Below, in pieces: positions 39,094-48,788 of a DNA stretch of 64,000 nucleotides. Source of the DNA: a virus. Position numbers and translations under genes: made by a program. Within the stretch, counting starts at the first letter, position 1. Every line of letters begins with the position of its first letter. The notes under the pieces are model-generated. The model worked only from the letters and a program-made list of their open reading frames with translations, had not been told where the DNA came from and did no database searches. The stretch spans positions 1 through 64,000 of the IMG/VR virus record IMGVR_UViG_3300036766_001793; one strand, 5' to 3'.

Positions 39094-39816
39094 TCATTTT
39101 AGCGCGTCCGGCCCCTCGAGGTCCCTGGCCCTGATCTTGGTGAGGACCGGCCTCCCGCGGCGGTCGCGGAGCCCTGGCAGGGTCCTGGCCACCAGCCCCT
39201 CGGCCATCTTGCGCGCGGCCGTGAGCTCTGAGTAGACCCCCAGCCTGACGGCCTCCTCCATCTCCCCGAGGGTCCCGGTGCCGACCACCGGCACGCACTC
39301 GAGGCCAAGCTTGTCGGCCACGTCCTGGGCGTCCCCCATGGACAGCCACCAGCCGTCGATGACCACGTCGAAGACGATGAACGACGGCTGGCCGTAGTCG
39401 CCCCCGCCCTTCTGGATCCCGGCCCCGTAGCCCTCCCCGTAGATGGTCGCCCTCGGGAGGGCAGACCTCCCGAGGGTCGCCAGCAGGTTCATTTCCGAGA
39501 AGGCCTTGAGCAGCGCCGGTGGCATTTGCGCCCGGTCGGTCCGGCCGCCGACGCGCACCGAGCCGGCCGCGGGGTCCCACCCGATCCTGACGTTCGTCCC
39601 GTCGACCTTCTCGGTCCACAGCCACTCGCAGTCCCTGAGCCACTCCAGCTCTGGGGTGGACCACTGGCCGAGCAGCATCTCTCCGCCCGGCCCCCTTTTG
39701 TAGAGCGATTGGATCTTCGGGTACTCCGCCATGAACCAGTCCGGCGGCTCCGCCGGCATCGTCCTCCAGGTAGGCTCGCGAAGCCCCGCCAGGACAGTCT
39801 CCGTCAGCCCTGTCAT
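39094..39816 (-). CDS. RNA ligase (Rnl2-like nucleotidyltransferase domain)
   Basis: YPKIQ...WTEKVDGTN (motif I KxDG), IYGEGYG.GIQK, FIVFDV, AEGLV, TKIR. Confidence 0.88.
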   Translation of the reverse strand: MTGLTETVLAGLREPTWRTMPAEPPDWFMAEYPKIQSLYKRGPGGEMLLGQWSTPELEWLRDCEWLWTEKVDGTNVRIGWDPAAGSVRVGGRTDRAQMPPALLKAFSEMNLLATLGRSALPRATIYGEGYGAGIQKGGGDYGQPSFIVFDVVIDGWWLSMGDAQDVADKLGLECVPVVGTGTLGEMEEAVRLGVYSELTAARKMAEGLVARTLPGLRDRRGRPVLTKIRARDLEGPDALK

Positions 39817-39980
39817 TTCTTCAGGCCCGCCGCGAGCCTGTCGATGTTCGTCGTCCCGTGGAGGTTCGGCCCCGCCTTGACAGAGCGGACCACCGTCACC
39901 TCCACCACCAGGGCGTAGTACCGCTCCCCGCCGCCCTGGATCGCCCTCCAGATCGTCCCGTCGTTGGTCGCCAGCAGCAT
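39813..39980 (-). CDS. 55-aa ORF nested out of frame upstream of the ligase (not in track)
   Basis: MLLATNDGTIWRAIQGGGERYYALVVEV...; its TGA overlaps the ligase ATG. Confidence 0.45.
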   Translation of the reverse strand: MLLATNDGTIWRAIQGGGERYYALVVEVTVVRSVKAGPNLHGTTNIDRLAAGLKK

Positions 39981-40189
39981 CGTCAGTCCCCTCGAGCCTC
40001 GCCCTGAGGCCTTGTATCGTTCCTTCGTAGTGCTCGCGTTGCCGCGCGAGCCCGGTCCGCTTGGCGTTCACGGCGTGGTTCGCTCTCCCCTCTGCCATCA
40101 GTGCCCTGCGGCGCCAGTACCTCAGCGCCTCTGCCGAGTCCGGCCGCGGGGCTTTCAGGACTTTGAGGAGCGCCCGAGTGTAGTCCCCG

Positions 40190-41968
40190 TCACCAGACAT
40201 CGCCGCTCTCGGCCTCGTAGTCCTCGAGGGCCCTCGCCGCCTCTGTGTCCGCTGCCGCGATGGCGTCGGCGCTGATCCTGCCGTAGTTCGTTCTGAGGAG
40301 ACTGGTGCGCCTCAAGGCCCTCAGGGCGACCACCGCGAGCCTGAGCTCTTCCCCCGTCATGGCGGATGGGTCCGGCCCGGAAATCTGTGGCACGAGAGCG
40401 ACTATGCCGCAGAGGCGGCACCGCAGCAATCTCGACCCGCCCACGGTCACGTGGGCGGAGGCCAGAAAGGAGTGCGCGCATCCGGCGGGCAGATCCCTGG
40501 CCGTCGCGTTGCTGAGCTCCGCGCTCACCTGGCTGTCCTTATACTCCACCGAGCGCCTCCCTCCGGACCATCTCTTCGTACTCCCGCTCGGACGCCTCGT
40601 GGCAGCTGCACAGGCACCCGTCTGCCAGGCACTGCTCCGCGGGGTCGTCAGAGAAGCACCCCATGCAGTAGGCGCCGGGCCAGCCGCTCCACCAGTGGTG
40701 GGCCCCGTCGGAGAGCCCGTGGGGGCTCGGGCAGTCGTGGGCCCCGCGGCGGCAGGACCAGCACTCGGTCAAGGTTGCTCCTTCCGGCGCGCGTCCAGGA
40801 GTGTCTTCGTCTCCTTCGCCAGCTCCCACACCTGTCTCCTGTCCGCGTCGCACGCCTCCTCGGTCACCCCCAGCCTCCCGGACCTCCACTCGTCGAACCA
40901 GCTCTGAGCCAGGGTCGTGAGCAGGCGCGCCTTCTCCTGGGCGACCTCCAGCGGGCTCAGCGACCCCTGCGAATCCGCTTGCTCGGCGTCCTTCGCCGCG
41001 CTCGTCGCCACCTCTTTGCCTAAACCTAGCCACCTGCAAAGTCTCATCGAAGGGCCTCCTCCAGCGTCGCGCGGGCCTCTGAGAGTTTGCGGCTGACCTG
41101 GGCGGAGGCGCTACCTTCCGCCGCCGAGATGGCCGCCCACGCCGCCACCGCCGCAGCCCTGAGCTCGCGGCAGCCCTGGGTCTGGCAAGCGGCCCTGGGG
41201 CCCCGCGCCGTGCGCTTCCAGCACTCCCGGGAGTGCCCGGAGTCCAAGGGGCCCCAGCAGATGAGGCAGCGCCCGTAGGAGCTTGGCGCCGCCGACCCGG
41301 CGCCCTCCGACTGTTCCATGGTCAGCCCTCCGTCAGCCCGAGGCCCAGTATCGCCTCGAGCAGCCTCTCCGCCTGGGGGTTCCCGCGGAGCATCCCCAGG
41401 GCCTCCGTGGCCCCCCTGGCGGCCGCCGCGAGCTCCGCCAGGGCGTCCACCTCGTTGTCGTGCCACTCCATCGCCTGCTCGAAGACGGGGCCCAGGTCGT
41501 CGCCGTCCCTGATGGCCTCGTCCATCCTCTCTATCGCCGACTTCAGGACGGACACCCGCACGCTCGAGCGGATGACCTCCTGCGAGAGGGACTCGACCCT
41601 CGCCCGCCAGTGCCGGCTGACCCGGCACCTGGCGCAGAGGCGGCTCTCCTGTCCGCTCCTGGCGTCCGTCGCCCTCCCGCACTCCGGGCATGCCTCGACC
41701 TCGGTCACCCTTCGCCTGTTGGGCCTGCGGCGGCTCCGGCGCCACTGGCGCCTCCTGAGGTCGTCCTCGCTGAGCCCGAGGCCCGGCGGGATGATCGGCG
41801 GGACCGCCAGGCCGTCGACGACCCTCGGGCGCCCCCTGAGGGATAGGCACGCAGTCCCAGCAGCCTCGCCTCCAGGACGTCCATCTGCCTCAGGTACTCC
41901 TCGTCGGCCGGGCTCGCCCTCACCATCTCCCACAGGAAGCCTCCCTCCCCCGGGCAGAAGCTCTTCAT
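40190..41968 (-). CDS. run of small hypothetical, mostly zinc-finger ORFs
   Basis: 40190-40549, 40539-40772, 40769-41047, 41044-41319, 41322 to about 41708, 41705-41968. Confidence 0.45.
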
Positions 41969-41987
41969 GCCCTGATGGTACCGGGCC

Positions 41988-44918
41988 CTAGGGGAATACC
42001 CTGAACCTCGTGAGGGTGTTGAGGTTGGCCGTGGTGAGCCACATCCCGGCCCCGTCGGAGTAGGCGATGTGGTAGGCGAAGCTGAGGCCAACGTAGTCCG
42101 CCGCGACCTTCGTGACCGACGCGCCGACGTGCTGGCCCTCGGCCGGGTCCCAGTGGTGCCCCTGCACCTGCACCGTCGTCCCGAGGATGGGGACCGGCTG
42201 CCCGTTCGGGTCGGTAGATCCGCCGTCCCAGAGGCCGACCTCGATCGTGACCCTCGACGGCTTCACGCCGAGCTTGTGTTCGATGTTCATCTGGCCGTCT
42301 CCGTTGACCGGAAACCACGACGTCGCGTAGCTGTCGTTCAGGCCCGCCATCCCCTGGGCGGCCATCCTGGCCATCCTGAGAAGCTGCTGGCCTATGCTGG
42401 AGTAGGACTGCCTCGCGAGGGTGTAGGTGGTGATCGTCTCAGGCCACTGGAAGGTCCAGCCATCGATAACGAACTCCTTGGCCTGGGAGGCCTGCCCGGG
42501 GTCGACTATTCCAGCATGCGGGATATAGAGGCCACAGAGAGTGCCTGGGCTCACGACGCCGCCCCACGGGAGGTTAGGCAAGTCAGCCACCGTAACCGAC
42601 CCGCGGTTAAGACCGCCCCTCGTGTTCTCGAGTCCGTCGTGCCCCGAAACCAGGCTGGCATACGCCGAGTCCCTGAGCGAGCGGGCGGTGGTGGCGTCGT
42701 TGCCGTCCTCCTTGGTGGAGTACTCCCACTCCCCGGCCCGACCCTGGTCGCGATTGGGGCTCTCCCTCCTGACCCTGAACCGCCCGTTGGTCGGGTCCCA
42801 CTCCTCCTCCATCTCCTTCACGACGATGGCAGTGCCAGTGAGGTTGTCCTGCTCGTTCTGCTTGCTATTGTCGGAAGCTGCCTCGCCCTTGCCCTGCACC
42901 CTCGACCTAGAGAAGATGTCGAAGCCCTGCTTGTCGAAGCTGTGCTCGATGATGTAGTTCACGTCGCTGCCGTCCGTCACGGCGCTGCCCGGGAAGGGCC
43001 CGTAAGAGAAGAACTTGTTAGAGCTGAGGCTGCCTCGCCTGAAGTACGCTGCCACTTGCCCGTTGTTGCCGACCGTGTCGCATATGATCTGGAATTCCCC
43101 GCCGAACCCGGACCCCTTGGGGAAGTTGTTCTGGTAAAGCCAGAGGGCGTCCACGCTCTTCTCCTCGCCGTCGAGCGGCCCGATGTTTGCCCCGGAGGAG
43201 CTCACGAACCATGGGTCAGACATCGAGAGCTCCCTGATCGCGTCGAGAATGCTGCTCTGCTTTGTCCCCCTCCAGTCGGCCTGGATGCGCCGGCTGTTTG
43301 GGGCCTGGTCGATGATTACCCCCCACAAGCCGGTGCCGGCGCTCGCTATGACATTGAGGGCCAGGTCAGAGATGATGGACATGCGCCGTTCCCCGAAGAC
43401 GCCACTGGGCCCCTTGGACCAGTTGCCGACGTACACCGGATCCCACGGCTTACCGACGAGAGATACGTCGAGGCCGCGGTGGGGCGGCATGGTGAACCAC
43501 TTCCCCTTGTCGACGTAGTTGTCGGCCAGGGCGCCGAGCCAGTCCCTGGCCGTGACCTTCCAAACGCGCCCCATCTGCTCGTCCTCGACGAGCTTCGCCT
43601 CGTCCAGCCTTCCTATGAAGTATTGGCGCGTGTTCAGCCCGGGGACGCTCTCCTGGTCGTCGAGTTCCACCACCCTCAGCTTGATGAACGGGTACCACCG
43701 GTTGAGCGACCCGGGGGCTGGCGCGGCCCCAGACTTGGACAGCTCGAACTTGACCACCGCCGCGGGGTACTGGTTAGTAGTCCCGTAGGCCGCCCCACCG
43801 TGGAGGGCGAGGGCCCGCCCCTTGTCGAAGCCGGACGGCGCGTTGGTCGTCGACACCTTGCTCATGCTCCCGGCGGTGTCCACCTTGACGAGCTTCATCG
43901 GGCTCGTGTGGAGGGCGTAGAGGTAGCCGCTCGACGGGTCGGCGTCGATGGAGAAGATGCCCCTGTCGATGGCCGGCAGCTGGAGCTCGGCCACCTTCGC
44001 CGGCAGGGTGCCCCCGATGTCGAACTTGACCAGGGTCGCCGGGCCAGGCCCGTTCGGGGAGAAGTTGCACGCCACGTACCCGGTCCCGTCGGTGAGGAGG
44101 TCTATGGAGTAGGCGTACTTGAGGGCGTCGAACGGCGCGGTGCCGACGAACGACGGGGAGCCGGCGCCCGCGCTGAGGCCGAACTTGGTGATGGCTATGG
44201 CCCCGCCCTCGCGATTGCCGACCGCGTAGATGGTCTGCCCGAGGCCCCTCATCGCCGTGATCTCGCCCCAGCCGGCGTTCAGGAGGATGGCCCCCGTCTC
44301 CGTTATCCCGGCCCCGTTGACGTCGAACTGGACGAGCCGGGTGTCGGTGGCCACATAGAGCCGGTCGCCGGCCGACGAGGCGATGGAGGGCCCTCCCCCG
44401 CCGGCGAGGGCGCTGACGGTCGCGTGGGCCACCCTGGCCATATCAGACGCCCTAATCTTGACGACCCTGGCCGGGTTTGAGGCGGTGACGGCGTAGACGT
44501 ACTGGCCGTTGCCATCCACAGTGATGGACCTGAACCCCTGCTCCGCCGGGTCGGTAAGCTGCACGGCCGCCACCCTGGTCGGCGGGCCGGCCTGGTTGAG
44601 CCTGACCTTCACCACGGTGCCAGGAGGGCCAAGGCCGGTGGACGTCGTGACATAGGCGAGGCCGGAGTTCTCGTCCACGGCCATCCAGAAGGCGCCGTTC
44701 TCCCCCGGGCCGAGGGTCAGCGCATCGGCCCCCGAGTCGAAGCCTGGCGGGTTGTAGGGGGCCTTCGCGTCCGCGTCCACGTCGGCCGTCACGGTCATCT
44801 CCAGCATCCCCGGCGACGAGTACCCACCGCGCGTGACCTGGAGGCTGATGACGCCCCTGAGGGTGCCGAACACGGTGTTGGTCTCGGCGTCGGCGACCTG
44901 GACCACGGGGATGCCCAT
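41988..44918 (-). CDS. tail tip/hub protein with internal beta-propeller-like repeats
   Basis: position after TMP and Dit-like gene; (Y/A)YV.T...P..VVK repeats; FIGRLD...VTARDWLGAL hub-like segment. Confidence 0.75.
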   Translation of the reverse strand: MGIPVVQVADAETNTVFGTLRGVISLQVTRGGYSSPGMLEMTVTADVDADAKAPYNPPGFDSGADALTLGPGENGAFWMAVDENSGLAYVTTSTGLGPPGTVVKVRLNQAGPPTRVAAVQLTDPAEQGFRSITVDGNGQYVYAVTASNPARVVKIRASDMARVAHATVSALAGGGGPSIASSAGDRLYVATDTRLVQFDVNGAGITETGAILLNAGWGEITAMRGLGQTIYAVGNREGGAIAITKFGLSAGAGSPSFVGTAPFDALKYAYSIDLLTDGTGYVACNFSPNGPGPATLVKFDIGGTLPAKVAELQLPAIDRGIFSIDADPSSGYLYALHTSPMKLVKVDTAGSMSKVSTTNAPSGFDKGRALALHGGAAYGTTNQYPAAVVKFELSKSGAAPAPGSLNRWYPFIKLRVVELDDQESVPGLNTRQYFIGRLDEAKLVEDEQMGRVWKVTARDWLGALADNYVDKGKWFTMPPHRGLDVSLVGKPWDPVYVGNWSKGPSGVFGERRMSIISDLALNVIASAGTGLWGVIIDQAPNSRRIQADWRGTKQSSILDAIRELSMSDPWFVSSSGANIGPLDGEEKSVDALWLYQNNFPKGSGFGGEFQIICDTVGNNGQVAAYFRRGSLSSNKFFSYGPFPGSAVTDGSDVNYIIEHSFDKQGFDIFSRSRVQGKGEAASDNSKQNEQDNLTGTAIVVKEMEEEWDPTNGRFRVRRESPNRDQGRAGEWEYSTKEDGNDATTARSLRDSAYASLVSGHDGLENTRGGLNRGSVTVADLPNLPWGGVVSPGTLCGLYIPHAGIVDPGQASQAKEFVIDGWTFQWPETITTYTLARQSYSSIGQQLLRMARMAAQGMAGLNDSYATSWFPVNGDGQMNIEHKLGVKPSRVTIEVGLWDGGSTDPNGQPVPILGTTVQVQGHHWDPAEGQHVGASVTKVAADYVGLSFAYHIAYSDGAGMWLTTANLNTLTRFRVFP

Positions 44919-45451
44919 CAGGGGTGCATCCCGACCGGCCAGTAGGTCACCTGAAAGGCCATCTTCCACTCCCACCTGAGGGTGCCACCGACCCGGCTCG
45001 AGTCGAGCCTGATGATGATCCCCTGGAACCACTTTATGCCGCCCTGCCCGGGCCCCATGTCGATGAGGAGCCTGGCCCCGCCGTGCATCCTCAGCAGGCC
45101 GTTCGGCCCGCCGCCGCCGGAGGTCACCGTAGCCCAGTGGGTCCTGACTATCTCCTGAAGATCGGAGATCGACGGCACGAGCGGGTCGAGGTTGTTGTCG
45201 GGGACTATCCCAGAGAGGCTGATCATCTCCTGGGCAGTGCCCAGGTCGAGTGCCCACGCGATCGGCCTGTTCTCCGCCACCGACCTGGCGGTCTGCCGGC
45301 CGGTCGGGAAGGACACGACGACCGGCATCCTCGTGATGTTCATCTGGACCGTCTCGACGAGCAGCTTCAGGGCAGGACCGCCCTGGTACGGGGAGTCGTC
45401 GCTGCCGAGCAGCTGGAGGGTCACCGTGGGGATGATGTCTGGCGCTGCCAT
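44918..45451 (-). CDS. distal tail (Dit-like) protein
   Basis: directly after TMP; DLG...ISLSG motif. Confidence 0.55.
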   Translation of the reverse strand: MAAPDIIPTVTLQLLGSDDSPYQGGPALKLLVETVQMNITRMPVVVSFPTGRQTARSVAENRPIAWALDLGTAQEMISLSGIVPDNNLDPLVPSISDLQEIVRTHWATVTSGGGGPNGLLRMHGGARLLIDMGPGQGGIKWFQGIIIRLDSSRVGGTLRWEWKMAFQVTYWPVGMHP

Positions 45452-46726
45452 CTAGATGAACAGTCCCCCTAGCCTTTTGAGCCCGCCCACCGCCGTGCCG
45501 AACGGGGTTCTGCCGCCGCCGAGCGCCTGGATGACCCTGGCCGTCTGCGGGATTGACCGCCCGGCAAGCACGTACCCGGTCCTCTTCTCTATCTGCTCCA
45601 CGGCCTGGTTGACCGAGGCCCCGTAGTCCCCCCCGCCGGCGAAGCTGTTGTTCTGGGTGAAGTTGATGGTGTTATTCGAGTTAACCATGGACACCCCACC
45701 ACCTAAGACGCCCTGCTGCTGGGCTTGCTGCTTGTTCTTCATCCAGGCCATGCCACCCTCGGCAAAAGCGCCGATGCCAGCCCCAATAGCAGTACCCCAT
45801 CCCGGCATAATCATAGACCCTATAGCGCCACCTTCAATAGCGCCCTTACCAGCAGCTGCCAAGACATTCGTCTTCTTCTGACCTACTCCGACCATTGGAA
45901 GCGCAGTCTGAAGTATGCCCTCCGCCGCCTGACCTCCGAAATAGCCAATCATAGCTTTCTGGCCAATAGTACCCATGAGACCGCCCTTCCCAGCTGTTGG
46001 GATGCCGATCATGGCCTCCTCGGCTTTGGCAGCCTTGCCGCCTATCCCGAACATTCTAAATCCTAGCCCCACCAAACCCTCTCCGGCTCTCACAACACGC
46101 CCGAGAAGAGGGAAGTTCCTAGCAAAGAGATAGCCTAAGGCTAGGGTTCCAGCGGTGGCCGCGGCGGCCGTCGGGTTGGTCACCGCCTCCTTCACGGTCG
46201 CCTTGACCGCGTCCGCTATCAGGGACCCGACCTTACCGAAGTCAAGGTCCTTGATGGCCCTCAGCATCTCTATGAGCCACCTAGCCATGGCAGCTATGTT
46301 CTTCGCCACCTCCTCCATGATCTTGGTCATCTTCTCCAGGTACCCTGACGAGATGAGCCACATGATCAGCTTGGAGATGCCGACCATGAGGAGGTTGAAC
46401 AGTGGGATGAACGGGATCAGGAGGATGTCGATCGCGGCGCCGAACATCTTCCCCATGGCGCCCATGTAGGTGTTGGCTACGGCGCTGTTCTTGAGGATCC
46501 CGCCGAGGGCCTTCTCTATCCCGAAGAGGAGGGCGAGGGGCTTGAAGATGCCCTGCCCACCGGCCCCCGGGGGGACTCCCCCCTGGCCGGCGCCCGCGCC
46601 GGCGGACGCGCCGCCGAGCGCCGCCCCGGCCGGGCCGCCGACGCCCTGGGACGCGAGGAGGCGCCTCAGGTCTGAGGTGTCCACCTTCATCGTGAAGACG
46701 AGGTCCTGGGCGCTGGGCTGGGTCAT
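45452..46726 (-). CDS. tape measure protein (short, 424 aa)
   Basis: follows the frameshifted chaperone; A/G-rich helical, hydrophobic segments, GAIGSMIMPGWGTAIGAGIGA. Confidence 0.8.
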   Translation of the reverse strand: MTQPSAQDLVFTMKVDTSDLRRLLASQGVGGPAGAALGGASAGAGAGQGGVPPGAGGQGIFKPLALLFGIEKALGGILKNSAVANTYMGAMGKMFGAAIDILLIPFIPLFNLLMVGISKLIMWLISSGYLEKMTKIMEEVAKNIAAMARWLIEMLRAIKDLDFGKVGSLIADAVKATVKEAVTNPTAAAATAGTLALGYLFARNFPLLGRVVRAGEGLVGLGFRMFGIGGKAAKAEEAMIGIPTAGKGGLMGTIGQKAMIGYFGGQAAEGILQTALPMVGVGQKKTNVLAAAGKGAIEGGAIGSMIMPGWGTAIGAGIGAFAEGGMAWMKNKQQAQQQGVLGGGVSMVNSNNTINFTQNNSFAGGGDYGASVNQAVEQIEKRTGYVLAGRSIPQTARVIQALGGGRTPFGTAVGGLKRLGGLFI

Positions 46727-47360
46727 CTGCTGTAGGCCTCAGATTTCATTTTGACGCGTTCGTTCGCCACCACGAACCACCTGAGCACCGTCTGCTCGTC
46801 GGGAGCGCCCTCGATGGCCGGCCACGGGATCCCGCCCTCCAGGAGGACCGCCTCCACGTGGGCCCTCCACAGGTCCTCGTCGGCCATCTGCGCGTCTCTG
46901 TCCCCTAGGAGGAGCTCCCGGTACCTTTTCCCATCTCTGCAACCCCGGCGGAGCTGAACGGGTCTGGGATGATGGCGTCGAACTGGGCTCCGACCGCCTC
47001 CGGGAAGCGCTCGATGACGCTCTCGGACATGGCGAACGGGCAGGCCGTGACCATCTCCACGAGGGCCTTCTTCTTGTAGACGTCGAGGTGGAACACGGCC
47101 TTGACTATGGACGCCCCGGTCTGGGGGTTGGTGTCGGAGGCGTACTCGGTCGCGGCCGACACCGCCCGGCTCTTGCCGGTCCAAGTGAGCGGCCTCCAGC
47201 GGACCTCGAAGGATACCTCGTCGTTCACCGCGATGGTGAGCGGCTCGCCCTCCTCCGCCCCGGCCTCGAGGATGGCGGCCAGGATCTCCTGGCCGCTCCT
47301 GTCGATGCGTGGGAGGCCCTGCGCTGCGGGCCTCGCCGCGCGGCTTCTCTGTGCGGTCAT
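46723..47360 (-). CDS. tail assembly chaperone G (46905-47360) and G-T extension via -1 frameshift to 46723
   Basis: slippery GGGAAAA at 46926-46932; the -1 frame reads KRYRELLLGD... and overlaps the TMP start. Confidence 0.85.
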
Positions 47361-47386
47361 GTGCGTACCTCTCTGGTGGGGCCCTT

Positions 47387-48454
47387 CTACGGGACCTGGA
47401 TGCTGACCGTGTCCACGTCCACCTGCCAGGACGACGGGAACAGGCCCGTCGGGGGCCCGGGGACGCTGATCTTGCCGCCGGTGACGATGGCCCCCGGCTT
47501 GCCGGTTTGCGAGAAGACCCCGCCGGCCGTGATGACGAGGCTCCCCGCGCCCTCCCCGGGGGTGAGGTCGAACTGGGCCCTGATGGTGCCGCCGACGCTC
47601 GGGCCGGCCGTCCCGCCTATGCCGCCGCCGCTGGCCCCCTCGTTCATGAGGGCCCTGAACAGGACAAGGTCGGTCCCCTTGTCGACCACGTCCACCTCGA
47701 GCTCCATCGTGTACCGGCGCTTCCCCTCCACCAGGTCGGTGAGGACCTGGGTCATGGCCCCATTGGGGTTGCCTGACGCCCTGCAGAGGTAGTACCTCGG
47801 CTCGAGCTGGTTGTCAATCGAGAGGGAGATCCTCCTGACGCGGCAGAGCTGCTGGTCGAAGACCGTGATGGTGGCACCGGCGAAGACGAACCTGCCACCG
47901 AAGCCCGGGCCCGGGTCTGCGGCCTCGGAGGGCGACCCGAATTTGGAGACCCCGCTGAGGTTGTGGGAGGTGTCCTTGAAGATCATCTCGTCGATCGAGA
48001 GGCGGAGCTCCTCCCCCTCGGCCGCCGACAGGGTCATCCTGTTGATCTTCCCGCCGTGGTAGTCGCGGATGAAGGTGTACTGCCCGTCCGTGTCCCTCAT
48101 CGCGATCTGCATCATGAGGGACGGGATCCTGCCGTCGTGGGCCGTTATCCCCTCGCTGACGGTCCCCGCCGAGAACCTGCCGAACGCCAGCTCGAGCAGC
48201 TCGCCGAGCGCATCGGAGTCCCTGATCTTGATGTCCGGGATCGATCCCGTGAGCTTCCACCGCCCGCGGAGCATGTCGCCGCGGTTGCGGTCTGTGCCGA
48301 CGCCGAAGAACGGGTACCACTCCTGCTCCGGGTCAGGGGCGCTTACGGTCTCGTGCAGCCCGAACCTCTTGTTCGGGATTTGGGCCCCTGTCCCGCCGAA
48401 GACGGATTCCTTTATCCAGGTGACAAGACAGTTTTCCGTACGATAGATTGCCAC
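47387..48454 (-). CDS. major tail (tube) protein
   Basis: WIKESVFG N-terminus, YHGGKINRMTLS, ISLSIDNQLE; synteny before chaperone and TMP. Confidence 0.8.
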   Translation of the reverse strand: MAIYRTENCLVTWIKESVFGGTGAQIPNKRFGLHETVSAPDPEQEWYPFFGVGTDRNRGDMLRGRWKLTGSIPDIKIRDSDALGELLELAFGRFSAGTVSEGITAHDGRIPSLMMQIAMRDTDGQYTFIRDYHGGKINRMTLSAAEGEELRLSIDEMIFKDTSHNLSGVSKFGSPSEAADPGPGFGGRFVFAGATITVFDQQLCRVRRISLSIDNQLEPRYYLCRASGNPNGAMTQVLTDLVEGKRRYTMELEVDVVDKGTDLVLFRALMNEGASGGGIGGTAGPSVGGTIRAQFDLTPGEGAGSLVITAGGVFSQTGKPGAIVTGGKISVPGPPTGLFPSSWQVDVDTVSIQVP

Positions 48455-48475
48455 AGCGCCCCCTCGGATCACATC

Positions 48476-48715
48476 CTAGCCGGGGGACAGCCCCGCGGGA
48501 GCCCGTGGCGGCCTCGTCGCGGCCAGCAGCGACTCGATGGTCGTCCCGGTGCCGGCGATCTCGCACAGGGTCCCGCAGTAGGTCATCTTGAGGGACCCGG
48601 AGGTGGACTTGCGCCAGTCGTACGCAGTCCCGCACCTGAGGCAGGCCCTGATGTGGCCACCCGCCGGGCGCTCGGCGTTCCCGGCGGTCTGGCAGTCTCT
48701 GGTTGCGGTGACCAT
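48476..48715 (-). CDS. small zinc-finger protein, paralogue of 13489-13707
   Basis: CLRC...STSGSLKMTYCGTLCE...TIE. Confidence 0.7.
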   Translation of the reverse strand: MVTATRDCQTAGNAERPAGGHIRACLRCGTAYDWRKSTSGSLKMTYCGTLCEIAGTGTTIESLLAATRPPRAPAGLSPG

Positions 48716-48788
48716 GGCCTCACCCCTCAGCGTCCTTGCTCCGATTATGCCCGCTGGCGTCCGTGCCGAGGGCCCGCTTACAGGATAC

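Noticed and set aside
41705-41968. Programmed frameshift joining 41705-41968 to 41322-41933
   Set aside because: No canonical slippery heptamer; independent overlapping ORFs or a sequence error are equally likely
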